A stretch of DNA of 64,000 nt from a virus, in the IMG/VR virus record IMGVR_UViG_3300037606_000137, positions 32,001 through 96,000 of that record. One strand, written 5' to 3'. A program made the translations under genes and the position numbers. The notes under the pieces were generated by a model. It searched no databases. It was not told where the DNA came from and saw only the letters and a program-made list of their open reading frames with translations. Each line of letters starts with the position of its first letter. Position 1 is the first letter of the stretch. Positions 40,290 through 52,873 of the stretch are shown here, piece after piece.

Positions 40290-41087
40290 ATGGATAAAAT
40301 AGTACATAGGACAAAACCAAATAAAAAATCTTTACCAGGTTTTTTTGAACCAACTATAGAAATTAATTTACATCCACATCCTAGTATTCAAACAATACCT
40401 GGATTTTCTAGTGATGATGCAGTAATTTTAACAAATATATTATCTAAAGATGTGTGTAATAAATTAATCGATTATATGCACACATCAGATAACTTTGAAA
40501 GTGTTGGTGTTCAAGGAATGATAGATAACGAAGACAAAAAAATTGGGTCTCTTAGAACGAGTATATGGACACCAAATGTTGCAGAACAAATTTGGGATAA
40601 AATTAAAACATATTTGTCAATACAACATTGTGATAATAATAAAGCAACTGATTGGTGGCAAGGATTATGTCATAGTGTGATAACATATAATAATGTGACA
40701 ACATATGTACCTGTTGCAGTTTCACCATTATTACGATTTATGAAATATGGTAAAAATGGTCAACATTATGCTCATTATGATGCATCATTTATTTATCCTG
40801 ATAATGAATATCGATCATTAAAATCGATGATTATTTATTTAACATCAAATGATGGAGCAGCAACTAGATTTATTAATGATGGACAATCTGATATTGATAT
40901 TTGGAACCGTAAACATGAAGATTGGAATAGACCAGTAACTGATGATGAAATTATTGGTAAATCTGAATGTATTCAGGGTAATGTATTAATTTTTGATCAT
41001 AGAATTTGTCATGATGTTCAAAAATATATGGGTGATGATGTTAGAATTATTATCAGAGGTGATATAATTTATAAATTAAATATATGA
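40290..41087 (+). CDS. 2OG-Fe(II) oxygenase
   Basis: HYAHYD..IIYL..G.T.F..FDH...H..R.D. Confidence 0.85.
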   Translation: MDKIVHRTKPNKKSLPGFFEPTIEINLHPHPSIQTIPGFSSDDAVILTNILSKDVCNKLIDYMHTSDNFESVGVQGMIDNEDKKIGSLRTSIWTPNVAEQIWDKIKTYLSIQHCDNNKATDWWQGLCHSVITYNNVTTYVPVAVSPLLRFMKYGKNGQHYAHYDASFIYPDNEYRSLKSMIIYLTSNDGAATRFINDGQSDIDIWNRKHEDWNRPVTDDEIIGKSECIQGNVLIFDHRICHDVQKYMGDDVRIIIRGDIIYKLNI

Positions 41088-41525
41088 AAAAAATAGAAGA
41101 ATTAAAAAACGAATTACAACAATATCAAAAAGATTATATCAAAATTTCGGCAGAAAGAAGATTTTTAAAAAAAATTATTTTATCAACATTAAAAAATATT
41201 GATAATTTAGAACCAAAATCAGTATTTTTTAATATACATGCAAAATTAATTTACCGTGATGTAGATTTATGTGTAGATTTTATTAGAGAAAATTCTAGTG
41301 TAACATCAACACAACTAATTACATATTTAAATACGATATTAACAGATCTTGAAAAAAGATGGCCAGAAGATAAACCATTAGATGGAAATTATTTTATGGC
41401 ACGTGTTGGTAATAAATTAAAATTGGATTCTCGTATACGATATGAAAAGAATGGTATTGGTATGGCTGGAAAAAAAACAACAATTTGGGAAATTAAAATA
41501 TAATAATTATAACTATATTTACAAC

Positions 41526-43016
41526 ATGAAATTAAAATTTGAACCATATTATAATAAGTTGAGTGAAAATATTGCTATATCTACTGGATATTTTGAACCG
41601 ACACATGATGAAATTAATTGGAATGAACATGTAAATTTACCATGTACACCAATTAATTTTTTAAGAGAATGTAATGATATTCATAAACCAGCAATATTAA
41701 TATCTACTGGAGCACATTGTCCAATGCATAAAGGACACATTAGTATTATGACTAATGCCAAAAAATCTGTTGAACAAGCTGGATATACAGTGATTGGTGG
41801 TTATTTATCTCCAGGTCATGATGAATATATTAATCAAAAATTAGGTAATGATGCAATGAACATTTCAAAACGTATGCAATGGGCAAATAATTTACTTAAT
41901 GAAAATAAAAATAATAATTGGTTAGCCATTGATCCATGGGAAGGAGTTTTTGCACCTGGTGCTGTAAATTTCACATCTGTTGTATATAGATTACAATTGT
42001 ATATTAAAAAGTTTTACAAACATGCTGAAAATGTAAAAATATTTTTTGTATGTGGTGATGATAATGCGAGATTTATGGTACCATTTGAAAATACTGATAT
42101 AGGTACTGTAATAGCAACACGTCCCAATTATGAAGAAATAAGATTACAATATAAAAATGTATCAACTACAAATAATGTAATTTTTGCTGATAGTGGTATA
42201 AATACATCTTCTACAGAAGTTCGTAAAAGTAAAGAATATACAGATTTCAAAAATACAAAAGATGTTCAAGCTATTGTTAGATTAAAATACGATAGTACAA
42301 ATCATACAATTTTAAATATATTAAGAGAATATTATTCTAATGTTTGGCCACAATATATAGATAAACAAATTACATCTTTAAAATTCACAGATTTTAAATA
42401 TCCAATTATTAATATGGATAGTGAAATTGATTTGGGTACAAAATTAGAAATTTCAAGATTGTATGATAATTTTGGACAAAAACAATTAGGTTATACAAAT
42501 AGACCAGGTTCTAAAGATTTAGAAACACAATTTTATGATATTAATAGTCAAGATATAAAAGAATATTATTTATTCGATGATGATATTTTTACAGGATCTA
42601 CAATGAAATATGTTGAAAAATGTTTATCTAATTTTAATATTTTAATTAAAGGCCGATTAAGTTTTATATCTGGAAATACTGAACACGAAGTTGTAGACAT
42701 AAAAGATTTTTTAATGTATGATGGTGGTGGATTAGTTACTAAAATCGATAATGAATTAGTACGTATACCATACATTTATCCTTTTGTTGATCCATCAACT
42801 AGAGCAAGTATTAAAAATCCATTACAGTTCTCTATTGATATGTGGAAACAATCAGAAAATTATTATTATAATGTACTTACACCACCAATATTAATTGGTG
42901 AACATGAACATCTTAGATATTTAATACAATTGGGATTTAATGCTAATACATCAATGCAAGAAGTGTGTGCATATTATTATACATTTCTAACAAAAATAAA
43001 AAATTACGAATTATGA
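41526..43016 (+). CDS. HxGH nucleotidyltransferase (NMNAT-like) fused to a PRTase-like domain
   Basis: GAHCPMHKGH, SPGHDEY, SSTEVR; LFDDDIFTGST. Confidence 0.7.
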   Translation: MKLKFEPYYNKLSENIAISTGYFEPTHDEINWNEHVNLPCTPINFLRECNDIHKPAILISTGAHCPMHKGHISIMTNAKKSVEQAGYTVIGGYLSPGHDEYINQKLGNDAMNISKRMQWANNLLNENKNNNWLAIDPWEGVFAPGAVNFTSVVYRLQLYIKKFYKHAENVKIFFVCGDDNARFMVPFENTDIGTVIATRPNYEEIRLQYKNVSTTNNVIFADSGINTSSTEVRKSKEYTDFKNTKDVQAIVRLKYDSTNHTILNILREYYSNVWPQYIDKQITSLKFTDFKYPIINMDSEIDLGTKLEISRLYDNFGQKQLGYTNRPGSKDLETQFYDINSQDIKEYYLFDDDIFTGSTMKYVEKCLSNFNILIKGRLSFISGNTEHEVVDIKDFLMYDGGGLVTKIDNELVRIPYIYPFVDPSTRASIKNPLQFSIDMWKQSENYYYNVLTPPILIGEHEHLRYLIQLGFNANTSMQEVCAYYYTFLTKIKNYEL

Positions 43017-43723
43017 ATTTAATAGAAAAATATAAAAAAGATCCTAATGTATTAAACATATATCAATTTGGTTCTTTCGTTTATGGTACAAATTCAATAA
43101 ATTCTGATATAGATTTAATTTTAATAGTTAATGAATATTTTGATTCAGAAAATATTGATGTACACGTTTATACCGTTAAAGAATTTGAATTATCTTTACA
43201 ATTGCATGATATTCAATCTATTGAATGTGTATCAGCAGACTATAATTTTTGTTATAAAAAATCAATTAATTTTGAAATACCTAAAATTGATTTACAACAA
43301 TTACGTAAATCGATTTCAACTATTTGTAATAATAGTTATGTTAAGGGTAAAAAGAAATTGATTGTTGCTGGTGATTACGATATGTATATTGCAATTAAAT
43401 CTGTTTTTCATTCATTACGTATTTATGATTATGGTTATCAAATTGCATTGTATGGACATATATACAATTTCGGTTCAGTTAATTATATTTGGGATGATTT
43501 ATTAAAACTATCAGAAAAATATAAAAGAGTAGAATTATGGAATCAAATTGAATCTAAATACAAAAAAACATTTAATGAATTTGCAACTAAATTTAAAAAA
43601 GTTGCACCTAAAGATTTAGATGAAAACGATAAAAGAAAACAATTGGAAAATTTGTTGATAAATACATTTGGAGAATTAAATGATACATTAAAATATAGTA
43701 TTTTATCTATATTTGAAAAATAA
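43013..43723 (+). CDS. Pol-beta-superfamily nucleotidyltransferase
   Basis: FGSFVYGT....SDIDLILIV. Confidence 0.75.
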   Translation: MNLIEKYKKDPNVLNIYQFGSFVYGTNSINSDIDLILIVNEYFDSENIDVHVYTVKEFELSLQLHDIQSIECVSADYNFCYKKSINFEIPKIDLQQLRKSISTICNNSYVKGKKKLIVAGDYDMYIAIKSVFHSLRIYDYGYQIALYGHIYNFGSVNYIWDDLLKLSEKYKRVELWNQIESKYKKTFNEFATKFKKVAPKDLDENDKRKQLENLLINTFGELNDTLKYSILSIFEK

Positions 43724-46689
43724 ATAATATAATTGTAAATATGAATATATCATCAAACATTATTATCGGATTACAATATGCAAAATTTTGTAATTTTTAT
43801 AATAACTTACGTACATATACATTAGAATTAAATAATGTATATCCAAATACTAATGACGAGTTATTAATCGCGTTGTGTATACATATAATTAAAGTAAATA
43901 ATAAAGAATTACTAGAACATGTATACTTTACAAGTAATAAAAACGGTATTCGTAAATATACATATACTATAAATAAAGAAAATGATAATCCATTATGGGT
44001 TGATTGTGATTACGATTTAGAATTGAATGATATAAAAGAATATATTTCACTTCAACCAAATATTCACAATTTAGATTATTTTTATAAAAATGTGTAATAA
44101 TGAAAGTTTTTGATTTACTTAAAAATGTTAAAACCACATTGGTTTGAAGATATAAATAAATTATGAATCAGATATTGATATGCCTTTTATTGCAGTTTGT
44201 GTTATTTATACCATTTTATTTTATTTGGAAAAACGACTGCAAAAAAATAGGTAAAGACAACTTAGCAGTAAGTTTGGCAGAAAGATTCTTTTATTGGTTA
44301 CTTTTTTTCCCAATTTGGTTAACTGGGATGGTATCGTAACTATGGATGCTAAAAAATTATAAAGATTTGTGACCAAAAGTTTATATAAACTCAAGGTTAT
44401 TGTCATGTTTCAAATAATTTATTAAAAAATATTCAATTACCAGTATAAATATCAAATATTATTATTATATTTGTGTAAATTAAATATAGAAAATGAATAG
44501 AACAAAATTAAATTGGTTGAAAGTATTACGTTTCTTCTTTGGTCCTAAATATAAACCATACAAACCATCATTATTAAAAATACAAAAAAGTGTTGATCCA
44601 AATGGTAATGATTTAGATGCTAATGATTTAATGTTTGCTAAAAACAAATTAAAAGGCATTAATGCACTTACAGTCGATAGAAATGTATGTCATTATGACT
44701 ATGTTAAAAACACTTGTAGATGTGGTATAACATTACAAAAATTAAAAAAAGATGAAAATTGTCCATTAAAATAATAATAGTATGGAATTATTAAAATATA
44801 TATTTTGGAAAAAACATGTTTGTGTTTTTTTTAACCCATTAGCATCAAGATATGTTTCTTTTAATTGTAGAGATATAGCTTATTCATGCACATGTGGTAA
44901 AAAAACTATAAAAAGAGTACATGCATATCAAGATCAAGCTTTTCCTATTGAAACTAATATGTTAATGAGTACAAAAGAACTTGAAAATATAGCTAAAAAT
45001 TAATAGTATGCTGATTAAAAAAGAACACATAGAACAACATTTTATTATAAATAGAGATTGGAAAGCTTTATTTATTTCAAAATTTCCTAATTGGACAAAT
45101 GAAACGTGGGAACGAGATGTTTTATCAATTTTTGAAGCAAATGGGTACCGTTATGATATTCAAATAATCCAAATTCTAAATTGTATACTGCTGTTAAATG
45201 TATTGATTTATATGGTCCAATAACAGAAGAAAATGATGATGGTTTTGTAATTGGTCTAGGTGATGTAAATATTTCTAGTGCAATACAACAATTATTAATA
45301 ATGGTTATATGTGATTTTTTAGTTGATTTTAATACATTTAAATAATGAAAGAGTATAAAGATATAATAGTATTAGAAAATGATATTGAACATATTGGTTT
45401 GAATCGTTTTTTAGGAATGGTTTTAAAAAATGAAACCGTAAATGTTGACATGTTTTGGGATTTTTCATCTACATTTCATTATGAAAGAGAAAAATCCTTT
45501 GAAAGATTAAAAGCTATCAATTCAGATACATTAGTTTTAACTAATCCATCATTTGTTGGTTCTGATAATTCATTTAGTGGTTATCTTGGATTATTTCTTT
45601 TATTAAAACAAATGAATATTAAATTAGACGTTGCTATTATTTATTATGATGGTTTTTTTAAATATTTAATTGATTTTATGTATGGTGAATCAAATTATTT
45701 AAAAAATCAAAATAATCATAGAATGTTGCAAGAAGTTTTAGAATTTCATACAATTTATGAAATTGATTTTAATAATGTTAATTTAAATAATGGTACTATT
45801 AAAAATTCAAGTAAACTAATTACTTGGGATAATTTAAATAGTTATTATTTTGAAACACATCGTAAATTACCTAAAACGATGATGCGAGTTAAAGCAACAG
45901 GTGAAGTATATCATTTAATTTATATAAATAAACATGTAAATAATTTAGAAGATATGGAATTTGAATTACTTATAAGTGAAACACCATTTAAATCTGAAAA
46001 ATACACATTAAATCAAATCGAAAAAATATAATTATGACAAATAAAGAAGCAGGACAAGACGCATACCACGAAGCAAGAGCTTTTGGTCACTCAAAAAGTG
46101 AAGCACAATCCATTAGAAACAATTGGAAATATTCAAAAAATGATACTCGTAGTAATTCAAATCATTGAGATGATTCAGACGATTATGTGAATGATTCAGA
46201 ACCATATTCACAAGATTGTATTGATGATTAAATAAAACAAATATGAAACATGCATCAATTTCAAATATACCAAACAATCCTAAAGAAATTTTAGATTATG
46301 CATTAACTAAATGTTTCGATTCTTGGGTAGATGAAAAAGGAACTAAAGATAATCCGGGTATATTTCAACGAAAATTAAGTAAATTAACACACGATGAAGC
46401 GTTTGATATAATACAAAATAATAAACCACATTGGGTATTTATATTTAGAAATCTTTCAAGTATATCAAAATCCAAAAAAGATTATTGGGATATTGGTGGT
46501 TGTAATATTGGTAGTAATAATTATGGTGAAGTATTTATATGGATTCATGTTACTGTTGAAGATGCAGAATTATTATTTAAAAAATTTAATCTTAATATAA
46601 AAGAACATGGTTAAAAGTAAAAAAATAAATCAAAATAATTTTTTTATTGATTTATTATAGCTATATTTGTTAAGACAAAAAAATTATAT

Positions 46690-48621
46690 ATGGCAAATTC
46701 ATTAGATTTAACAAAATTAACAACTGACGAGGGTTTATATCTTAGAGCAAAAGCAACATATGCTATTGGTCAACCTATTATTGATGATGTTGAATTTGAT
46801 ATTTTAGAAGAACATTTAAGACAACAAGATTCGTTTGTTGTTGATATTGTTGGAGCAATTAAAATCAAAGGAAATAAAGTATCAATTTCTAAAGGAAAGA
46901 AATTGTTTATTGCACATACAACACCAATGGGTTCATTGGCAAAAATTCAGTTCAAGCCTGGTTATGTTCCACATCCAGAATTTTCACATTGGTTAACATC
47001 AAATGTTTTATCTAATACTGATCCTGTTTTAGAATTTGGTCCTAAGTTAGATGGTAATGCAATTAATATTACGTATGATAATGGACAATTAAAATCTGTT
47101 ACATCAAGAGGTGATGGTATTGAGGGACAAGATTACACAAAATGTTATCCATCAAATATACCTAAATACATTAAAGGTTTTACAGGCGAAATTAGAGGTG
47201 AAGCAGTTATGGATGTTTATGTGTTTGATAATACATATGGACCTGATTCAAATGCTGTAAAGAAATATGCAAATGCTCGTAATATTGTAGCAAGTGGTTT
47301 AACTAAAGGTGATCCATCAATGATTGCTGATATTGATTTTATTGCATTTCAAATTGTAGATTTTACTGGAGACACAAATACACAATTAATTAAATGGGGA
47401 TTTGATACATTAAATTTCTTAAAAACATATGCTTCATCACAAATGAATTTATTTGTATTTGAAAAAATGTATGCTGAATTTAAATACTATCGAGAAAATT
47501 GTAAATACCAATTAGATGGTATTGTTTGTAAAATTGAAGAAGAATATAGAGATGCAATCGGTGGTAATTCACATCACCCATATTGGGCATTAGCAATTAA
47601 GTTTGAAACTAAAGAAGTTTATACAACTATTGTTAGTATTGAATGGTCATTAGGTAAACGTGGTCAATTAGCACCTGTTGCAATTTTAGCACCTGTTAAT
47701 TTATTAGGTTCTGTTGTACAAAGAGCATCAGTATATAATGCGGATTGGATGTTGAAAAACAAATGTTATCCAGGTGCAACAGTTTCATTGATTAAATCAG
47801 GAGACATTATACCAAAAATTGTTGCTATTACAATAGAATCTACAGAAGTATTTGAATTACCTACTGTATGGAATGGTAATTCAGTTTCTTTTGATGGTGT
47901 TCAGTTGATGGTTGATGATTTTGAGCAAACGGATGCGTTTAAATCACTTCAATTACACAATTCAATTGTTGCACTAGGTATTGAAGGAATCGGTCCAGCA
48001 ACAGCATCTAAATTGCAAGATGCTGGACAAACACTTATTTCTTTATTAAGTACTAATCCTGACGGATTGAGAATGGAATTATTGAAGTCTGATGTATTTA
48101 AAGATGGTCGGGACCTTGAAATTTTAGTTGAGAATGTATTTGCATTAACTAAAACAGAATTGTGGAAAGTTATTTATGCAATGAATTATAGAAATTGTGG
48201 TAAAACAATTTCAAAACAATTAGGAAATTGGATGGCTAAAATTCCTTTTGATTTTAAAGGTTTAGAAAAAGCTGTTGTTGAAGCATTCATTATGGATATT
48301 GATAAACAAGATGAGGTTAAACATTTAGTTGGTATTTTATTAGCAAATAATGTTAATATAATTAAACCAGAAGCACCTAAAGCAGGAATCATTACTTATT
48401 GTATGACTGGTTCTCCAAGTAGCGGTCATGCAACTAAAAAAGACTATTCAAGAGACGTTGAATCAAGTGGTAAATGTATTGAATCATCTTTGACAAAGGA
48501 AACACATTATTTAGTTGCTGAATCATTAGCTGGAATGACAACAAAAATGCAAAAAGCTGAAAAGAATGGTACAAAAATAATTTGTTATTCAGATTTTTTA
48601 GATTTAATTAAATCATTATAA
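46690..48621 (+). CDS. ligA: NAD-dependent DNA ligase
   Basis: MGSLAK, KLDG, SRGDG, EIRGEA, DGIVCK, AIKF, GDIIP, C-terminal BRCT. Confidence 0.93.
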   Translation: MANSLDLTKLTTDEGLYLRAKATYAIGQPIIDDVEFDILEEHLRQQDSFVVDIVGAIKIKGNKVSISKGKKLFIAHTTPMGSLAKIQFKPGYVPHPEFSHWLTSNVLSNTDPVLEFGPKLDGNAINITYDNGQLKSVTSRGDGIEGQDYTKCYPSNIPKYIKGFTGEIRGEAVMDVYVFDNTYGPDSNAVKKYANARNIVASGLTKGDPSMIADIDFIAFQIVDFTGDTNTQLIKWGFDTLNFLKTYASSQMNLFVFEKMYAEFKYYRENCKYQLDGIVCKIEEEYRDAIGGNSHHPYWALAIKFETKEVYTTIVSIEWSLGKRGQLAPVAILAPVNLLGSVVQRASVYNADWMLKNKCYPGATVSLIKSGDIIPKIVAITIESTEVFELPTVWNGNSVSFDGVQLMVDDFEQTDAFKSLQLHNSIVALGIEGIGPATASKLQDAGQTLISLLSTNPDGLRMELLKSDVFKDGRDLEILVENVFALTKTELWKVIYAMNYRNCGKTISKQLGNWMAKIPFDFKGLEKAVVEAFIMDIDKQDEVKHLVGILLANNVNIIKPEAPKAGIITYCMTGSPSSGHATKKDYSRDVESSGKCIESSLTKETHYLVAESLAGMTTKMQKAEKNGTKIICYSDFLDLIKSL

Positions 48622-49057
48622 TTATGAAAATTAAAGCATCAAGATTCGATTTAATAGATATATTAACATATCCAATATTTTTTAATATATCTCTTATAAT
48701 TATATTGCTATCGTTAGGAACATTTAATATATTATTTGGGTGGATGCATATAAAATGTGTAGGGAAATATACGGTTTTATACATAAATAAAAAAAAATAT
48801 TTTGAAACATTACGAGATGTAATTTCTGCATGGTTATTATTATTTATAAATAGTTGGTATTGGAATATTAATTATTCACGGTTTCTTGTAGATTATTTAA
48901 TGTTTGTATTGTGGCCATATTATGAAAAAGATTCTGATTTATATAATCGTGAACTTAATGATTTTTGTACAAGTATGATTAATAGAAAAAATATAAGAAA
49001 AAACAAATAAAATAAAATATTTGATAAACAAAAATCAGAATAATTCATATAATATTT

Positions 49058-50191
49058 ATGAAATATTCTGATTTTTTACATTTAGAAGATAAATTGAAAG
49101 AACAAACTTTTAATACTTCTTATAAAACTATAAATACATTATTAACTGTATTTTCATATTTAGGAAATTTAATTTCCATATTTTTAGCATTTTTCTTTTT
49201 ATTTAGTATTATATCTATTGGTATTTCTAATATTTATATTAGTGGTGGTGTAAGTATATTATTATTAATTGGTTTAGAATTATTTAAAAGAGATGTATTT
49301 AAAAAGTTTTCTTTTGCTATTTTAAGTAAGAAAAAAAATATACAAACATATGTATCATTATTAATTTTTAGTTTGTTATTAATATTTATGTCATTTTACT
49401 CATCATTAACTGGTGCTAAAATGTTTTCAAATAAAAATACACAAATAGAAAACACACAAGATAAATTAATTGAAAATTATCGAGATAGTATTTACACTAA
49501 GAATTTATCAAAGAATAACATAATAGAAAAAGAAATTAATTTTTATAAAGAAAAATTAATTATTAAAGACAATGAGCAGTTTGAGATTAATAAAAAATTA
49601 CAAAGTAATGCAACATTATCAAGATCCGAAAAAGATCGTAATGTACAATTAACAAATGAAAAAACAGAAATTAATTCATTTATATTAAAAAACGAATTAT
49701 TATTAAATAATAATTCAAAGTATCAAGATTCATTAATAACTAATTATACGGTACAAATTAAAGATAAATCAAAAACTGAAATATTAAAAAATTCAAATGA
49801 TTCAATAATATTTATTTTATTATCAACAATTATTGAATTTGTTATTTTATTTGGTGTATTTTTTAATGTTTACTTTTTAAATAAATCATATACAGAATAT
49901 AAAAAGAATATACAATATGATCCAATATTTCAAAAGTGGTATTTATATAATGAAGTATTAAATATTTTATATCCAAAAAATATAAAAATAAATCAAAGAA
50001 TACAAACATTAAATAGTATTATTGATATGTGTAAAATAAACAATATTTATGCAGATAAAAAAGAGATTGAATCATTTTTGAAATTGTGTAATAATATTGG
50101 AATTATTACACAAAAAGGATCATACAGATATATCATGCAACAATATGATAGCGCTTATGAATTATTAAAAACACATTTTAACATTAAATAA
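49058..50191 (+). CDS. Membrane protein with coiled coil
   Basis: Multiple hydrophobic segments flanking a coiled-coil region. Confidence 0.6.
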   Translation: MKYSDFLHLEDKLKEQTFNTSYKTINTLLTVFSYLGNLISIFLAFFFLFSIISIGISNIYISGGVSILLLIGLELFKRDVFKKFSFAILSKKKNIQTYVSLLIFSLLLIFMSFYSSLTGAKMFSNKNTQIENTQDKLIENYRDSIYTKNLSKNNIIEKEINFYKEKLIIKDNEQFEINKKLQSNATLSRSEKDRNVQLTNEKTEINSFILKNELLLNNNSKYQDSLITNYTVQIKDKSKTEILKNSNDSIIFILLSTIIEFVILFGVFFNVYFLNKSYTEYKKNIQYDPIFQKWYLYNEVLNILYPKNIKINQRIQTLNSIIDMCKINNIYADKKEIESFLKLCNNIGIITQKGSYRYIMQQYDSAYELLKTHFNIK

Positions 50192-50407
50192 TTATGAAAA
50201 AAATACTAGCATATATACCACTTTGGAGCTTATACAGATTTGCTCAATTAATAAATTATATAAATAATATAATTGAAAAAACTTTTAAATTTATTGATTT
50301 ATTAAATCCAATAGATAATTTTATGATGTATATATATTACATCATAATGTTACAATGTATACAACTACAAGAGTGGTCAAAATTAACTAAACCATATAAT
50401 TTATAAT

Positions 50408-51331
50408 ATGTTATTAGAAATTGCTATAGGTGATGCTTACGGTCGTTCATTTGAGTTTAATTCAAATGAATTTATAAAAGAATTTAATATTGGATTAGAT
50501 TATGTTTTAAGAAATGATGATGAAGAAATTAATTTATTTGGTACATATACCGATGATACACAAATGTCAATTGCTTTAGCTGAATTGTTAATAGATGATA
50601 ATGCCGGATTTGATTTTAATACAATAGGTAAAAAGTTTGTAAAAACATATAAACGTGATCCACATGGTGGATATAGTAAACGGATTTTAGCTGCGTTTGC
50701 TGAAGCATCAAACCATTTACAATCAGGTAAAAAGTTTTTTAACGCATGCCAAACAGATGTATTAATACATAGTAATGGTAGTATTATGCGTTCTGTGCCA
50801 TTAGGTATCTTACCAACTGAGGGACATGTAATTAGAGCAGCACAAATGCAATCATTGGTAACACATTGTTCACATGAAGCATCAATGGGTTCACAATTAA
50901 TTGCAATAACATCTCATTATTTTTATTATAAAAAACATAAGGGAGATTTTAGTGTTAATGCATATTTAAAATATTTAGGAACACAAAACATGTTTGAATA
51001 TTATATGATTTGTGAAAATGCTTTTTATAAACATTATAAGCAGTATAAAACAATACCGTGTGATGCAAATATTACAGTAGGTGCTGTAATAAATACATTA
51101 TTTTCATGTAAAACAGCACAAGAAATATTAATTTATGCTATATCTTTTAGTGGTGATGTTGATAGTATTGCTGCAATTACATTAGGTATTGCATCGTTAA
51201 AAGATGATATTATTATGAATTTTTCTAAAAATTTAATAATTAATTTAGAAAATAAAAAATACGGAAAAAACTATTTAATTGATTTAGATAATATTATATT
51301 CAAAAAGTATAATAGAGATATTAATTATTAA
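50408..51331 (+). CDS. ADP-ribosylglycohydrolase (DraG/ARH family)
   Basis: AIGDAYG, YTDDTQM, NGSIMR, TH, GDVDSIAAI. Confidence 0.92.
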   Translation: MLLEIAIGDAYGRSFEFNSNEFIKEFNIGLDYVLRNDDEEINLFGTYTDDTQMSIALAELLIDDNAGFDFNTIGKKFVKTYKRDPHGGYSKRILAAFAEASNHLQSGKKFFNACQTDVLIHSNGSIMRSVPLGILPTEGHVIRAAQMQSLVTHCSHEASMGSQLIAITSHYFYYKKHKGDFSVNAYLKYLGTQNMFEYYMICENAFYKHYKQYKTIPCDANITVGAVINTLFSCKTAQEILIYAISFSGDVDSIAAITLGIASLKDDIIMNFSKNLIINLENKKYGKNYLIDLDNIIFKKYNRDINY

Positions 51332-51581
51332 TATATATTATTATGAAAAAACATTTAACGATATTTCTTATTTTATTCTTTATTATGTATGCAATATTGT
51401 TTTGGTTCTTTTTATTAAATGGTATTTATTTAGATACATTATATGTAAAAATAGCAGTTGGTTTCACATCACATGTTGGTGTAATTTTATCTACTGTATG
51501 GTATTATTTAAATTTAAAAGGGAAATTGTTTATAGAACAATGGGATATTTTATTTAATAAAAATAAAACAAAAAATAATAA

Positions 51582-51977
51582 ATGATAAGTGTTATTTTAG
51601 TAGTAGTTGGAATAATATTAGTAGGTTTAGCTGGTATTAGTGAAGCAATAATGGATAAATTGATTTTTCATTACGATAATAGTATTTTTAAATCATTTAA
51701 TAATCAAAAATATTGGGATCCAGAGTTATCATGGGTTAATAAATATAAAAAAGATTTAGTAACAGAAAGATTTATGTTTTCAACAACAATATTAGTTTTT
51801 CTTACAGATGCTTGGCATTTTTTAAAATTTGTACGAACATTATTTATGTTTGTTGGCTTAGTTATAATAGGCGCAAATTCATTATCTATATTTCATATTA
51901 TTATTTTCACTATAATTGCTAGAATTGTATTTGGTGTAATTTTCGAATATTTTTTTAAACATGTTTTTAACATATGA
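51582..51977 (+). CDS. Membrane protein
   Basis: EAIMDKL..SW.NKY..TDAWH.LK. Confidence 0.6.
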   Translation: MISVILVVVGIILVGLAGISEAIMDKLIFHYDNSIFKSFNNQKYWDPELSWVNKYKKDLVTERFMFSTTILVFLTDAWHFLKFVRTLFMFVGLVIIGANSLSIFHIIIFTIIARIVFGVIFEYFFKHVFNI

Positions 51978-52873
51978 GTTTTTATAAAGGATTATTACAT
52001 AATAGTAGAAAAGAATTAACATTTATGTTAACGCCAAAATATATATTACATATTAAAGAAAATGTAGATCAAACATTTGTACCAAGATTTTCTTTAAAAA
52101 ATATAGATATTTTTGATGATTTTCCAACAAATACACCAACTAAATTTACACCAGAATTAATTTTAAAAGCAATTAATTGGGGTATGATTATTCAAATAGA
52201 TTATAAAGGTGATGAAGATGATAATTTTTCAGGACATGAACGAGTAATTTATCCTGTAGCTTTTGGAAAATCAAAAGATGGTAAATATTTAATAAGAGGT
52301 TATCATTTAAAAGGTTGGTCAATTAGTCGTGGTGGTAATGTTCAAAAAGAATGGAGATTATTTAGAGCTGATAGAATATTAAATATGACTTTTAGTGGTG
52401 CATTTTTTAGATTGGCACCTGATGGATATAATGCCGACGGCGATAAAGGTATAACAAAATTAATGGCAAGAGCCGATTTTAATCAAATACGTAATAACCA
52501 ACAATCATTATTAAATAAAAATGATATTGATACATTAGATAGAGTAATTTTAAATAAAATTACAGAAGTTGAAGTAAAAGATTTAAATTATAATTTTAAA
52601 ATTTTTAGTCCATGGTCTAATAACATTATACCAAAAAAAGATGCTAAAAATATTAGAATAACTTTTGCTAAACCCTTAATTGGTAATGGTCAATGGATTG
52701 CAATTGTTGGTTCAAGCATTGAACCAAATAATATTTTTAAATTAAAATTAAACAATACAATTATTAGTTCATATAAATCTGTAAAGTGGATAATGGCTGA
52801 CGAATTAGATAAAACAAAAAATATCGAATCGCAAGTAGAATTTAAACTTTATTTATTTTTAAAAGCAAAATAA
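51974..52873 (+). CDS. WYL-like domain protein
   Basis: ERVIYPVAFG...WRLFRADRI. Confidence 0.55.
   Translation: MSFYKGLLHNSRKELTFMLTPKYILHIKENVDQTFVPRFSLKNIDIFDDFPTNTPTKFTPELILKAINWGMIIQIDYKGDEDDNFSGHERVIYPVAFGKSKDGKYLIRGYHLKGWSISRGGNVQKEWRLFRADRILNMTFSGAFFRLAPDGYNADGDKGITKLMARADFNQIRNNQQSLLNKNDIDTLDRVILNKITEVEVKDLNYNFKIFSPWSNNIIPKKDAKNIRITFAKPLIGNGQWIAIVGSSIEPNNIFKLKLNNTIISSYKSVKWIMADELDKTKNIESQVEFKLYLFLKAK

Noticed and set aside
44100-44420. Possible ncRNA in an ORF gap
   Set aside because: Looks like frameshifted fragments of small membrane-protein genes; no clear structure.
46034-46231. Genome-wide stop-codon recoding
   Set aside because: Conserved genes are intact in the standard code, TGA/TAG act as true stops, and no suppressor tRNA is seen.
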